A stretch of DNA of 64,000 bases from Geosiphon pyriformis uo1 (Eukaryota; Fungi; Glomeromycota), in NCBI GenBank assembly GCA_016748015.1, contig JAAOMT010000474.1, forward strand, positions 54,910-118,909, given 5' to 3'. How positions within the stretch are numbered: position 1 is the stretch's first letter; every line of letters begins with the position of its first letter. Shown here piece by piece: positions 1 to 13,600 of the stretch. Below the pieces are notes generated by a model. It was not told the DNA's origin. It saw only the letters and a list, made by a program, of their open reading frames with translations, and did no database searches. Made by a program: the position numbers and the translations under genes.

Positions 1-162
1 CTTCACTCTTGTAAGAAATTTTAAACTACTCCCCTCCCACTCTTTATTCTTGCCAGGCATAAATAACAGACTAACAATTATCAATTCCTTACCACCTAAC
101 CCTAAAATTTAATTCAGTTATTTGAGGATCGATTGTTCATGAGTTTCTATTCTGTATTCATT

Positions 163-465
163 GATTATTCGAATGTTGAATTGCAAATTGCCGGTGAGTG
201 TGGTTATTTGAATGTTAAGTTGCGAGTTACTGTTGGGTGATGGTTATAATTGAATGTTGAATTCACGCATTTTTGGTGGTTGGTGGTTATTTAAATGTTG
301 AGTTGTGAATTATTGGTGGGTGGTAGTTATATTCGAATGTTGAAACACAAATTATTGGTGGGTGATGGTTATTCAAATGTAGAAGCATGAATTATTGGTG
401 GGTGGTAGTTATATTCGAATATTGAAGCACAAATTATTGGTGGGTGATGGTTATTTAATTGTTGG
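163..465. repeat. Tandem minisatellite of about 40-bp units; the right half is an 82-bp higher-order dimer (42+40 bp)
   Basis: AATTATTGGTGGGTG recurs at 308, 350, 390 and 432 (spacing 42/40/42), with more diverged copies back to about 163. Confidence 0.9.
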
Positions 466-574
466 TGTCAAACTAGAGTCAATCTCAATAGGGTCTTCAT
501 TTTCCGCCAATTTCGCCAAGCCTATTCCATTCACTAAATAGTAGATAGAAACAGTTTAACCCATGATGCACATC

Positions 575-840
575 AATAACCATAAGTGGAAACAAACATT
601 TAGCTAGAATGCGGCAAGCACAGAGGTTAAATAACAATTCATGTCATTGACCATAAGTGGAAGCAGATATTCAGCAGAATGAGTACATGTACAGAGATAT
701 AACAATTCATGTTATTGACCATAAGTGGAAGCAGACATTTGGCAGAATAGGTACATGCACAGAGATATAACAATTCATGTTATAGACCATAAGTGAAAAC
801 AAACATTTGGCAGAATGAATGAATTTCAAGAGGCACAGAA
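575..840. repeat. Tandem repeat, about 68-bp unit, 4 copies
   Basis: CATAAGTG recurs at 581, 652, 720 and 788, with shared ATAACAATTCATGT and CAGAAT-like blocks between copies. Confidence 0.9.
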
Positions 841-956
841 CTATCATGTGTGACCAAACTCTTTTTTTCCATAATTACTCTGTACTTAACCCTAAACATT
901 CACACCTCAGTCCAGTGAGCCATCTTTAAACTTTTTATTAAATTAATTATTTCACA

Positions 957-3900
957 ATTGGCAACTTTAACATTATCAAAAGAGAATACAGCCTTCAAAC
1001 ACTATTTCTTAAACACAATATTTTTACACAAAATAGTATACAAGACACTATCAGAAGCACACAAATAGAACATCTGCAAAATGTAAGATAATAACAAGCT
1101 CAAATTTAACATGGCATTTCATTAAACCATACATAATTTAAGCAAGTTTTTATGAGCATTTGAATTTAATAAATACACAAAGGAGTGGTTAGAAGTTTTT
1201 ATCTTTCTACAGTAAAAGCACAGCACACTAAAATATCTTCTATTATACAAATGTTTCTAAACAGTAATTGGCAAATAATGATGTAGTGCTTTCATAAAAT
1301 ATGAGCACAAACTAGCAGTAAACTTACTCATATAGCCAGCTGTCATATACAAATCAGGGTGCTAAACTAAAGCAGTCCAAATCTAATCAATATTTTTTTT
1401 CATATTAGCATTAATAATATCAAACTCTGATCCAATCTCTCAATGCACTTAATAAACAGCATTGAAAATATCTTGAACAAAATAATGAATATTACCAGAA
1501 ATTGTCATATTACTAGTACTAATATATTTCTCATTAACCAGAACAAAGAAAACCAAATTCAAACATGAAGCCAAATTGGCCAACTTGTCAGTATGCTTAT
1601 TGTCCACCACATCTGAATGTTCTTTGACCTTATTTTAAAATACATTAAGCCTCTTATTTCTAATTAAGTTTACTATATAACATTTTTCCAACCAGCAACT
1701 ATTGTAAAAGTCTGGCAAGACCAAGTCTAGTTTTACAGCACATGTATTTAGTGTAGCCTAAATGTTAGAATAAACCATAACAATGTTGTAAACTAAGACA
1801 CACTCTAAAGCCAGAGCAATAGTCTATTATTCTGTCATTGTAAAAAACATTAATCCACCAATTTTTACTTCAATACTCACATTTAAATCAGAGAAAAACA
1901 CAGTCACACCACATTTTATCTCACATATATCCAAGTCTATTAAAGACTCATCTATATAAACATTAATGACATTCAAATTAGTATTAAAAAGATTACACTA
2001 CACCACAGAAAATCCATCAGAACTGGAAATGTTTAAAAGCTGAAATTTAATACTAAAAAATTGGGCAACAGAATAAAAAAGAACATTGGCCAAGTAATCA
2101 CAAGCCAGCCTAAACTAAACATAAACTGCACCCCTAAAATCAAGCTGCTTTTACTAATAAAACCTTTTTTAATTAAAAATTGACCCCTTTTTATCATACA
2201 ATTGGGTAACAAAAGCAAGACCAAACTTTTTAAATGACTTAAAAACATCATAAAACATTGAATCCTCTAAAACAAAGAACATAGGAGTGCTATTCAAAAA
2301 CCAAAAAACAGAAAAAAGACTAATGTCAAGGAACATATCATAGTCCAAAAAAATTTTAATAATACCAGCCAAAAAGTTGTTGACTGAACTAATCTTTAAC
2401 CTGACAGGAATTTGCAAAGAATACACAGGAGACCAACTTAAAATCTGCAAATCCAAAGATTTATAATTAAAGAGATAACCAAAAATACTACCAGTATTCG
2501 AAAAACTCAACACAAAAGCAGTCTTATTCTTAGTCTGCACTTATTCAAAAGATTTCAAATCATATAAAAATAGATAATAAATAGTTTTGTTAAGAAAGTC
2601 TTTAGGCAAACCAGCCTTCATTTTCAAACTCTTCCTGATTATTGTATCCTATTTATAGAATATGCTCTTAAAGACAAAACTGAATTGAATTCTGTAATTA
2701 ATAATAAAGTGCAGCACTATTGAGACTAAATAAAAAAACTGCTTATTCAAAATAGCTTTCTTTAAAACCACATTAGTAAAGAACTTAATATCTGAGTGTG
2801 TCTTTACTAAGCTAGATTTAGATAAACTTTCAGAAAATCAGAAAATACTAAGATATTTATAAAATTTTCTTTTTCATGCAACTGATATCAGCAGATTACT
2901 TATTGACAGTAAGACATCTTTAACTCTCAAATTAATGAAAATAACTACTGTTTTTTTATTATTGATTAAAATATTATTAATCCTAAAAAAATTATTTGCA
3001 ATGTCCAAAATATACTAAGTAGTAGCTTGACTATTTTTCACCCAAATTGTGTTATTAATAAAAGTCTCAACAGCCAAATATAAAGTCAATCTGCTCTGAG
3101 CTTCTATTCTACCAGTTTTGATAACAAATTTAATATCAATGTGGTAATCACACAGGTTTTTGTGTCTTTTAACTTTACACAAAAGAGGATCATAAAAGAT
3201 CCTTCAGAGCAAAAGTGAAAAAACCTTACCTTGGTTCAGATTATTAAGTACATAATATCTATTAGTAAGTCCAAAATCTGTCATGATCTAGTTTACTCTA
3301 TTATTGTGAATGCTACTGAAAAATTTTATAAAGCATTCACATATTTTAATCTGAACCAAACTGTTTCTAAGATAATACCAGCCAACCAAATCATATGTCT
3401 TTTGTATATTCTACAAAACCAATTAGAATTTACTTTCTTTTTCCAAAGCATCTTTAACAATTAAGCTCACTGCAAAAATAGGAAACTAAGTAGTAGTGTC
3501 TTTTAATGCAGAGAAATTGTCACCATATAGCACATTAAATTTACTATATGCTAACAAAATTTTATCAGAAAGCAACTTAGAAAAAATTTTTTGAACAGTC
3601 TCAATTAAAGCAATTGGTTTGATATTAGTCAAAATTTTTTTCCACTTATAAGACTTAGAAATCATTAAAACTCAAGCTTTTTTTAAAGATGAGACACTAA
3701 TTTATGCATTAAACAAGAGTTTAAGAGATCCAGAAGTATTACAAAAACAGAACTATCACAATGTTTCCAAAGTTCATTGGTAATACTAAACAGATCAGCA
3801 GTTTTTTTATCAGGCAAATACTTGATTACTCACAACAGATTATTAAAAGTTATGATGTTCATAACTCTAAAAAAGGCAGCATTATCAACATAAGCCAGTG

Positions 3901-5364
3901 GTGAATATTGATGGCTTTATTAATTAAAAACTCTACTCATAACCAATTTTTTCCTTGTTTAATCTTCTATTATTTTATTTACCTTAGACTTAACATTATC
4001 AGGATTCAGAACCAACTTATTATTCACTATTAGATGATCTAAAACCACTTTCTAAAAAGAATGCTCTAGTACATTTCTAATTGTATAACTCTTATTGACT
4101 GTAAAACTTTCTATTTTTTTATCAATAGCTGGTCTAATTTTTGACTCTTTAGCTTGCAAAAATTTAGTAAACTTAGGGGCACAATATGATTTCTTTACAT
4201 TAAAAAAAACTGAGTGTATACTATTAAAATCTATACCAGAATCCAAAAGAATCTGAACAAATAAAGTTTTATTAATGTCTAAAGAAATCCAGTAGGTTAT
4301 TAAAGACTCAAATACATCATTAATATACTTACATAAAGTTTTGAAAATTCTTAAAACCAAAATTTTAAGCTTATAAAACCTAGAAAAAATCTTGATAAAA
4401 ATATTGTTAAAGTTTTTGAACTATTTTTTCTTAAAAATTTTATTCTTCAAAAGACACAATATTTTGTGAACAGTATTTCACATAACATTCAGATCTGAAA
4501 ATCTCTTGGCCACAATAAACTCATTAGAAAACATTATCATATTAGCTGCCATAGATTTTTTAAACTTGTACTACTTTGCCTCATTAGTATTTTTAATGTT
4601 GAACTTCCAGCAATCCCTATTTACTTGTTTGTGAAGAGAGTTCAACTGCACATTTAACAATCCATTCAAACTCACAGACACAGAAACAACTTGGTAATCA
4701 GTGTCAAAGTGTCTATTAATATCTAAAACATTGTGATATACTATTGTATTAGCCAAATTTAAAGAAATAAATACATAATTAATTGTTTTCTTAGCATCTT
4801 TTAAATTTTTTTAAGTAGAATTTTTTATAACTAAACTTCCTGACAAAGAATTAACCAATTCCAAATTAAAGCATTTCTTAAAACTAGCACATCTGTGCAA
4901 ACTATTTTTATTGAAATTTTTATCTAAGATGACAAAAAAAATTTGTATACAGCTTTCGCAATTAAAGAATTGATCTTACCAAATTGAAACAAATATACAG
5001 CCAAAGTGGTACCAGTATACACTCCCAAAATTAAAATAGATAACTTATTTTTGAAAAGCAGCTTAATAGACAAAAGTCTATTAACAACTTCTAAAACTTT
5101 ATACACATGTTTTGTCAAATCAATATTTATAATAACTATAATATCAGAATTCAAATAACCAGATTCTAAATCAGAAGTGAACACACAAACTTCAGCAAAC
5201 TTGTCAGTAATCTATGGATAGACTTTTCCTTTTAACTTTGTCTTAATAACAATAGAAATTAAATTGTTTATATCTTTATGTCAATAAATAACATCTGCCT
5301 ACTTGGCAAAAACATTAATACCTTACACATTACACATAGCTATTTTCTAAACAAGACCTGTTAT
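957..5364 (-). pseudogene. LINE ORF2 pseudogene: APE endonuclease (about 5364-4600), RT (about 3700-2900), RNase H (about 1980-1570), C-terminal Cys/His motif (about 1220-1170)
   Basis: Minus strand reads *KIAMCNV*GIN (APE start WKIATCNVRG type), TK*PIALIET-like and *QGKVFSLLL RT motifs, FINNTIWV (eroded FVDDTIWV, about 3040-3062), and VYIDES / KVKEHSD..NKHTDKLA (RNase H). Many stops. Confidence 0.88.
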
Positions 5365-6891
5365 TGAGAAGAAAAAGTATTTATACCCAAACCAGCATTG
5401 TCTAATTTGGCTATCAGACCCATAATTGTGTTTGATAAACTGTTCAAAGTCACTTTAAGTCTTAAAACAACCAAAAGATCAAAACCCACTACTTTTATAA
5501 TAGTTTTACCACTAGTAGCTACATTTAAACTCTCACTCATTACTGTATTCACTTCATAATTCTGTGATGAAAGGGTCACCAACAGCTGAAATTTAGGATT
5601 AGACTGGGAAACTATTGGCTTAAGTGTATCCAATCTCTTAGCCAGCTTGTTTACTTTTTCTGTAAGACTGGTAAGACTGTATTCAAAAGTGACAAATCTA
5701 TTATTTATTTTCACAGAAACCAACTGAAAAGATTTAACATCCAAAAATAAACTAACACCAGAAGAAACCAAAAACACTACATAAGAAGTGAAACCACCAG
5801 CAACTTGAGTCCAAGTTTTACTATCAAAAAACACTAAACAGGCAATTGGCACCTGCTTTTTTTTATATATGCTGGCCAAATAAGCCTGATCTTGAATAGT
5901 CACTACATGCTTATCACAAACACCAAAATTTTCACTCACAAAACAAACACCAGAAACATAACCAAATTGTTTATATTGACTATAGCAAGCCAAAAAAAGA
6001 CCATTCTAATGCAAATTCACATTCTTAAAAACTGAAACAGAACTAATAGCAATCAATTTAAATGTCTCATTAAAAAAACAAATTACTGCACACCTATTAT
6101 CTACATATAAACTTAAATTGTGGCCAATAAAGCAGGTTTTTTTATCATAAGATTTCAATAGACCAGTAAAATTATGGACAATAGTACTAACAGACAAAGT
6201 ATATAATAAAGTCTGATGTTAAATTCTTAAATATTCATATTTGTTTATCATCAATTGCTTTTACCACTTAAACAGAATTTTTTTCTATGAGCACAAACTA
6301 TTTAGCTATGACCAAATCAGCTATCTCAAATGATTCATATTCTACTAAGGTTTTTTGTCAAAGACCAATCAATTGTATTTTAATTGATACAATTTTACTA
6401 AATTTAGAAAAAGTTGACTCCACAGCCAACTTTGGAAGATTAATTGAAATCTTCTTGATGATTATTTCCTGATCTGAATGACTATTTATCTTCTTAATAT
6501 TATTATTGACCAAAATTTTTTTACAGATTGCCAATTTTTTTATTTTATTCAAACTAAGTTCTAAAGTAAAAAATAATCTGATAATCTCTGGAAATTTTGA
6601 GAGAATAGAAGCTTTTTCAAAACTATTTACATGATAAAAAAATTTTTTTACACACAATAACTTATCACTAAAAGTCTTACCAAACACTACAGAAAAGTTG
6701 ATATTCAATACAAAAGATTTAGTCAAATTAAAACTTTATTTATTTTCCAAGCTATATAATTTAAACACCAAAATTTGCCTAAAACTATTGAACTTAAGTA
6801 ACAGAAACATTAGCATGTTATTGTTATTGCTCAAATTAGTGAATAAAAAAGCTTTTGGTGGCTAATCCAATACATATGTTTAAGTGTATGT
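5361..6891 (-). pseudogene. LINE ORF1 pseudogene, first assembly copy
   Basis: ORF-track fragments 6358-6726, 6006-6197 and 5361-5993. The last has an eroded zinc knuckle (CYSQYKQFGYVSGVC) followed by a coiled-coil-like segment. Confidence 0.8.
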
Positions 6892-6972
6892 TATTACTTG
6901 AAGAAAGAAAGCTTATCAAAGAAAAAAAGAAAAAACATGACCTAAAAAAAAANNNNNNNNNNNNNNNNNNNN

Positions 6973-9622
6973 TCCAAAAGAATCTGAACAAATAAAGTTT
7001 TATTAATGTCTAAAGAAATCCAGTAGGTTATTAAAGACTCAAATACATCATTAATATACTTACATAAAGTTTTGAAAATTCTTAAAACCAAAATTTTAAG
7101 CTTATAAAACCTAGAAAAAATCTTGATAAAAATATTGTTAAAGTTTTTGAACTATTTTTTCTTAAAAATTTTATTCTTCAAAAGACACAATATTTTGTGA
7201 ACAGTATTTCACATAACATTCAGATCTGAAAATCTCTTGGCCACAATAAACTCATTAGAAAACATTATCATATTAGCTGCCATAGATTTTTTAAACTTGT
7301 ACTACTTTGCCTCATTAGTATTTTTAATGTTGAACTTCCAGCAATCCCTATTTACTTGTTTGTGAAGAGAGTTCAACTGCACATTTAACAATCCATTCAA
7401 ACTCACAGACACAGAAACAACTTGGTAATCAGTGTCAAAGTGTCTATTAATATCTAAAACATTGTGATATACTATTGTATTAGCCAAATTTAAAGAAATA
7501 AATACATAATTAATTGTTTTCTTAGCATCTTTTAAATTTTTTTAAGTAGAATTTTTTATAACTAAACTTCCTGACAAAGAATTAACCAATTCCAAATTAA
7601 AGCATTTCTTAAAACTAGCACATCTGTGCAAACTATTTTTATTGAAATTTTTATCTAAGATGACAAAAAAAATTTGTATACAGCTTTCGCAATTAAAGAA
7701 TTGATCTTACCAAATTGAAACAAATATACAGCCAAAGTGGTACCAGTATACACTCCCAAAATTAAAATAGATAACTTATTTTTGAAAAGCAGCTTAATAG
7801 ACAAAAGTCTATTAACAACTTCTAAAACTTTATACACATGTTTTGTCAAATCAATATTTATAATAACTATAATATCAGAATTCAAATAACCAGATTCTAA
7901 ATCAGAAGTGAACACACAAACTTCAGCAAACTTGTCAGTAATCTATGGATAGACTTTTCCTTTTAACTTTGTCTTAATAACAATAGAAATTAAATTGTTT
8001 ATATCTTTATGTCAATAAATAACATCTGCCTACTTGGCAAAAACATTAATACCTTACACATTACACATAGCTATTTTCTAAACAAGACCTGTTATTGAGA
8101 AGAAAAAGTATTTATACCCAAACCAGCATTGTCTAATTTGGCTATCAGACCCATAATTGTGTTTGATAAACTGTTCAAAGTCACTTTAAGTCTTAAAACA
8201 ACCAAAAGATCAAAACCCACTACTTTTATAATAGTTTTACCACTAGTAGCTACATTTAAACTCTCACTCATTACTGTATTCACTTCATAATTCTGTGATG
8301 AAAGGGTCACCAACAGCTGAAATTTAGGATTAGACTGGGAAACTATTGGCTTAAGTGTATCCAATCTCTTAGCCAGCTTGTTTACTTTTTCTGTAAGACT
8401 GGTAAGACTGTATTCAAAAGTGACAAATCTATTATTTATTTTCACAGAAACCAACTGAAAAGATTTAACATCCAAAAATAAACTAACACCAGAAGAAACC
8501 AAAAACACTACATAAGAAGTGAAACCACCAGCAACTTGAGTCCAAGTTTTACTATCAAAAAACACTAAACAGGCAATTGGCACCTGCTTTTTTTTATATA
8601 TGCTGGCCAAATAAGCCTGATCTTGAATAGTCACTACATGCTTATCACAAACACCAAAATTTTCACTCACAAAACAAACACCAGAAACATAACCAAATTG
8701 TTTATATTGACTATAGCAAGCCAAAAAAAGACCATTCTAATGCAAATTCACATTCTTAAAAACTGAAACAGAACTAATAGCAATCAATTTAAATGTCTCA
8801 TTAAAAAAACAAATTACTGCACACCTATTATCTACATATAAACTTAAATTGTGGCCAATAAAGCAGGTTTTTTTATCATAAGATTTCAATAGACCAGTAA
8901 AATTATGGACAATAGTACTAACAGACAAAGTATATAATAAAGTCTGATGTTAAATTCTTAAATATTCATATTTGTTTATCATCAATTGCTTTTACCACTT
9001 AAACAGAATTTTTTTCTATGAGCACAAACTATTTAGCTATGACCAAATCAGCTATCTCAAATGATTCATATTCTACTAAGGTTTTTTGTCAAAGACCAAT
9101 CAATTGTATTTTAATTGATACAATTTTACTAAATTTAGAAAAAGTTGACTCCACAGCCAACTTTGGAAGATTAATTGAAATCTTCTTGATGATTATTTCC
9201 TGATCTGAATGACTATTTATCTTCTTAATATTATTATTGACCAAAATTTTTTTACAGATTGCCAATTTTTTTATTTTATTCAAACTAAGTTCTAAAGTAA
9301 AAAATAATCTGATAATCTCTGGAAATTTTGAGAGAATAGAAGCTTTTTCAAAACTATTTACATGATAAAAAAATTTTTTTACACACAATAACTTATCACT
9401 AAAAGTCTTACCAAACACTACAGAAAAGTTGATATTCAATACAAAAGATTTAGTCAAATTAAAACTTTATTTATTTTCCAAGCTATATAATTTAAACACC
9501 AAAATTTGCCTAAAACTATTGAACTTAAGTAACAGAAACATTAGCATGTTATTGTTATTGCTCAAATTAGTGAATAAAAAAGCTTTTGGTGGCTAATCCA
9601 ATACATATGTTTAAGTGTATGT
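6973..9622 (-). pseudogene. LINE ORF1 plus APE region, second assembly copy
   Basis: Matches 4242-6891 at the 2731-bp offset. Confidence 0.85.
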
Positions 9623-10547
9623 TATTACTTGAAGAAAGAAAGCTTATCAAAGAAAAAAAGAAAAAACATGACCTAAAAAAAAATGTGATAAAACATAAAA
9701 AAACATAAAATAATACACAATAATATTGGATAACATGTTATAATGCAGGATAATACAAAATAACACATTATAATGTAGAATAACATATTATAATGCAGGA
9801 TAATACAGAATAACATGTAATAACATCAGATAACATGTTATAACACAAGATAATTAGTTAGAACATAAAAAAAATGAAGTAATAGCTAGCAAGAACAGAT
9901 GATCCAAAGCAATCCTATAAAACTAGAAAATATGTATATATAGCAGTAGCATGAGAAACAGAAAAGGGAGAATCCTCAAATAAAAATTCATTAGTTATTG
10001 TTCCTTAGTTAGAAACCATATTATTTCAAATATTAATAATATACTTATTCAGCATTTCAAATCCAATTGCTTACTATCAACTCTAAATATTGATAGTAAT
10101 TAATACTTAAACCACACAGGAACAATAGTTCTTAATCATGACTATTGATAGAATACTAACTTGTATTGCCTTGGCTTAATTTTCTTTATCTTTTTTTATT
10201 TTTTAGTATCTTGTTAATAGTTTACTAAACTTTTTAAGAATCAAGTGCTGAGTTATTAACGTTAAAAATTGCCTGGTAAAAGACTCTTGTGAGTGAATAG
10301 AACACATAAAAATTACAGATTGCTTACCAGAAGATTGCTGGCCACCAAGCTAAAAAAGAAATTGACAGAATTGCAATTCTAGAAAACTACAGATAAAACA
10401 ACACAAAAATCTTTGTCTATTATACAAAAGACTCAATCAAAACCTTTAAAACACAAAAACCTTCAGATTATTACCATCCCATATCAATTAAGTACCAAGT
10501 TATGAGTTTTTTATTTACTCCAACTACCCAAATAATTACCTGTAACA
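9623..10547 (+). repeat. Element A 5' LTR
   Basis: TATTACT (eroded TGTTACT)...TGTAACA, TATA-like TGTATATATAG at about 9932, aligns to 27433-28378. Confidence 0.9.
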
Positions 10548-10566
10548 TTTGATGCTCCTTATGTGA
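10548..10566 (+). promoter_or_regulatory. Primer-binding site of element A
   Basis: TTTGATGCTCCTTATGTG directly after the LTR, a variant of TGGTGCTCCTTGTGAGG. Confidence 0.8.
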
Positions 10567-10609
10567 TATAATCTTACAAAGAACTAGCACCAAAAGCAGT
10601 TATCCAAAA

Positions 10610-13600
10610 GTGACAGAATCAGAAATAATAGAGACAATCTATTTAGGATTTGCCAAATTCTTATTTTAACAGTATAGCCAACAATTGGGCTTAACCAACA
10701 ACCATTATTCAGCAGAATTAGCCTTTAACTTTTACATCAAAGAAAAAATCACAGATTTTCTAAAAAGACCAGTTGACATTAAATCAGTAAGAGAAAATTT
10801 CTATACAGAATTAATCCAATACATTAGCTTACTACAAAATCACAGTTTTACACCAATTATCAGGGAAATCAATCAAGAAATTGAAAGATATATTCAACAA
10901 TAATTCCTCATTATCTATCTAGATAAGAGTAAAAGAAAGTTACAAACACCAGCTGCAATCCTAAAAGGAATAAAATTATTAATGTCAAAGAAACAAAGAA
11001 TTAAATCTCTACTATATTCATTATATTATCACACATCTGAAAGTACTATTAATATTACATCAGTAAGCATGTTCACATTAAATGCGACATCAATATTTAA
11101 ATAACTTCTATTTCAAAGTAAACAAAAAAAAACAGAATTATTAGGAACTTATAACAATTATTTTGAAGGATTAAAATTGTGATTACCAATACCATCAGAA
11201 TTTTGATCACCATCAACTCAACCAGATTTTGAAACTGCAAGTCCCTAGGAGATAACAAAATTGGAAGAAGAGAAAAACAACAATCAAGAATTTAATTATC
11301 AAAACCCAATTGTAGAAAACCCAGAAATTGAAACTTCAAGTATTTAAATATAGCAAAATCAGAACAATCCCAAATTCGATACTATTAATTAACACTTACT
11401 TTCAGCAATTATGATCAATCAGTCACCAATTGAACTGATTGCTGAACTAATTCAACAACCACAAGTACTATTTCAACAACAACCATAACAACCACTTCAA
11501 CAATTGCCACAACAAATAGCATATGCACCAATCACCAAAATTGAAAAGTTTACTGACAAAAAAATGATGTGCAAATGTAACTGAACAATATGGAAAAAGC
11601 CATTGCAGCTAATGGATGAAATGATACCAGAGCTATGCAAACTATTCCATATTTTCTTTAAGATACTACCAATTTATGATACCAAAGCTTAGTAAACAAA
11701 CCCCAAGATTTTAATGCATTTAAGCTCAAGTTTTTAAGATATTTTAGCAACAATAACAGCATCAATTACTTGGCCAATATCTTTACCAATATTAAACAAG
11801 AAGACACCAAAGCAGTTACTACCTACTTAGAATGCTTCCACAAAAACCTATGCCAAATTTAGGCAATACAAGCTGATTATTTTACAGCACCACAAATCTG
11901 AACCAATTTATCCATAGTCTGCACAATAGCATACTTTAATGTATACATCCACTACACCCAGCAGATCTTTAAGCTGCCATCACAAATGCCAGAGATTTCG
12001 AAGCCACTAAACTTAAAGCCAATCATGCCCAAGCCATAAATCTAGTAATGAATGAATTATTTGAATGGGAATCTAAGCTGAAACAATTCAGTGATTCCAT
12101 TAATCAGAAAATTGAAGGTGTTATTGGATGGTTTTCTTGTTATATTTAATTGTTGATATTCCATTTTAATGGCAATCAGTCTTTCGTGAGTTTCTCAATT
12201 CTATTTGTGTTATAATGTTACTGTTATACTGAAGGCTTTCTTTTTAATGTTGTAATGTAAGTTATTTTTCAATTCCTGATTGTTGTGTGTTTTTATGTAC
12301 TCCTTCTCAGAGGCTGAACTGAAATCTACCCACTGTTTGGGGTCTTCTCTGAGGCTATCCTTGCAATTGTCTGATGTGTTTCTCTAATCTAGAAACACAG
12401 AATGTTAATGGTCTTTAGAGCTTTTTTTTCTAATTTTTACAATAAAGCTTTTATCAATTAGTAACAATATGAATAATTTTCATCAAGGATTATTCTTCCA
12501 AAGGATTCAGTTGATGAATGATAGTTTCATTCAATAAATAATACAAGTAAGTTTCTTAATACTTTGGGTTGTGATAATTCAGTTTTAAATATTCTTTTTC
12601 ATTTCTTTTTGATTTAAAGGTTTCTTGGGATATTTAATTTGAAAGTATGATTTAAAGTGGAGTTTGTTGGATAAAATTGGATCTATTGCTTGATAAGTTA
12701 TGATTTTTATTACTTGATTGTTTTTTTCTCAATATTAAAACTACTGTATATATACATGTTTGTAGTTCTATGAAAAAAAACATTGTAATACTTTTTTTTT
12801 GATATTTCAACCTGGTGTTTGCTGCTATCACCAGTTGGTGTTGGCTGCTATTGTGAACTGGTGCTTGCCACTATTGCAAGATGGTGTTTGCTACTATGTT
12901 AATCATTACCTTTCTAAGATTATTACTGCGTTATATTATGATTGAATAGTTTGTATTATTTTTATGATTCTTTTTGCTAAATTCTTAAACTGTAACAAAG
13001 AGTACTTAGCTAACAACAATTAGTTTATTTATCAATCCCCACAATATTATAACAACTTAGAAAACTCTAGTTGGCCTTAAAATCAGATGTATTTATCATT
13101 ATTAGTCAATTAACCATGACAATAGAAGATACATGTTTGTTACAATTGTGGTAAACAAAATTATTTCAAAGCTAACTGCAAGGTATATTGCAACCAATCA
13201 TGATTAGAGAATCAATATTGAAACCTTGATTACAGATTTTAAACTTTAAATCACTACCCAAATCAAGATTACTATTAACCATATTACACTTAAGTAGCAC
13301 AGCAACCAATCTACCAAATCCCAATCTATCAAACTTCAGCACCAGTTATCTACCAACCACAGTCACAAGTAATATATCAACCCCAACAAATTTAAACCTC
13401 ACCATAAAATCTAATTTAAACATTACCCAGAAACCAAAGACTAAGAATCATTCAGCAAAACTGGAGATCAGTGATGGTTGTTCATTAACCAATCTCTAGT
13501 TCATTTAACCATATCTTAAGATCATGTTCCAGAAATTTGGAAAATAGGTACAACCAAAATCCAAGTTCTCAGAACTATCTAAGTCTCTTGATTACCTCAG

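Larger units (their letters stand above)
1..956. mobile_element. Possible LTR end of another element inserted into the LINE 3' region
   Basis: LINE ORF2 homology stops abruptly at about 957 next to a ...TTCACA terminus (TG on the minus strand). The block carries tandem sub-repeats like the other LTRs here, but no partner LTR is in the window. Confidence 0.35.
4242..9683. repeat. Direct duplication 4242-6952 = 6973-9683 flanking a 20-N gap (probable assembly artefact)
   Basis: All translated ORFs are identical at a constant 2731-bp offset, and the copies abut the N run at 6953-6972. Confidence 0.92.

Noticed and set aside
95-107. Telomeric repeat
   Set aside because: There are only isolated TAACCCTAAA motifs, not a tandem array.
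575-840. CRISPR-like array (regular repeats at 163-465 and 575-840)
   Set aside because: The whole units repeat with no unique spacers, there are no cas genes, and the context is eukaryotic retroelements.
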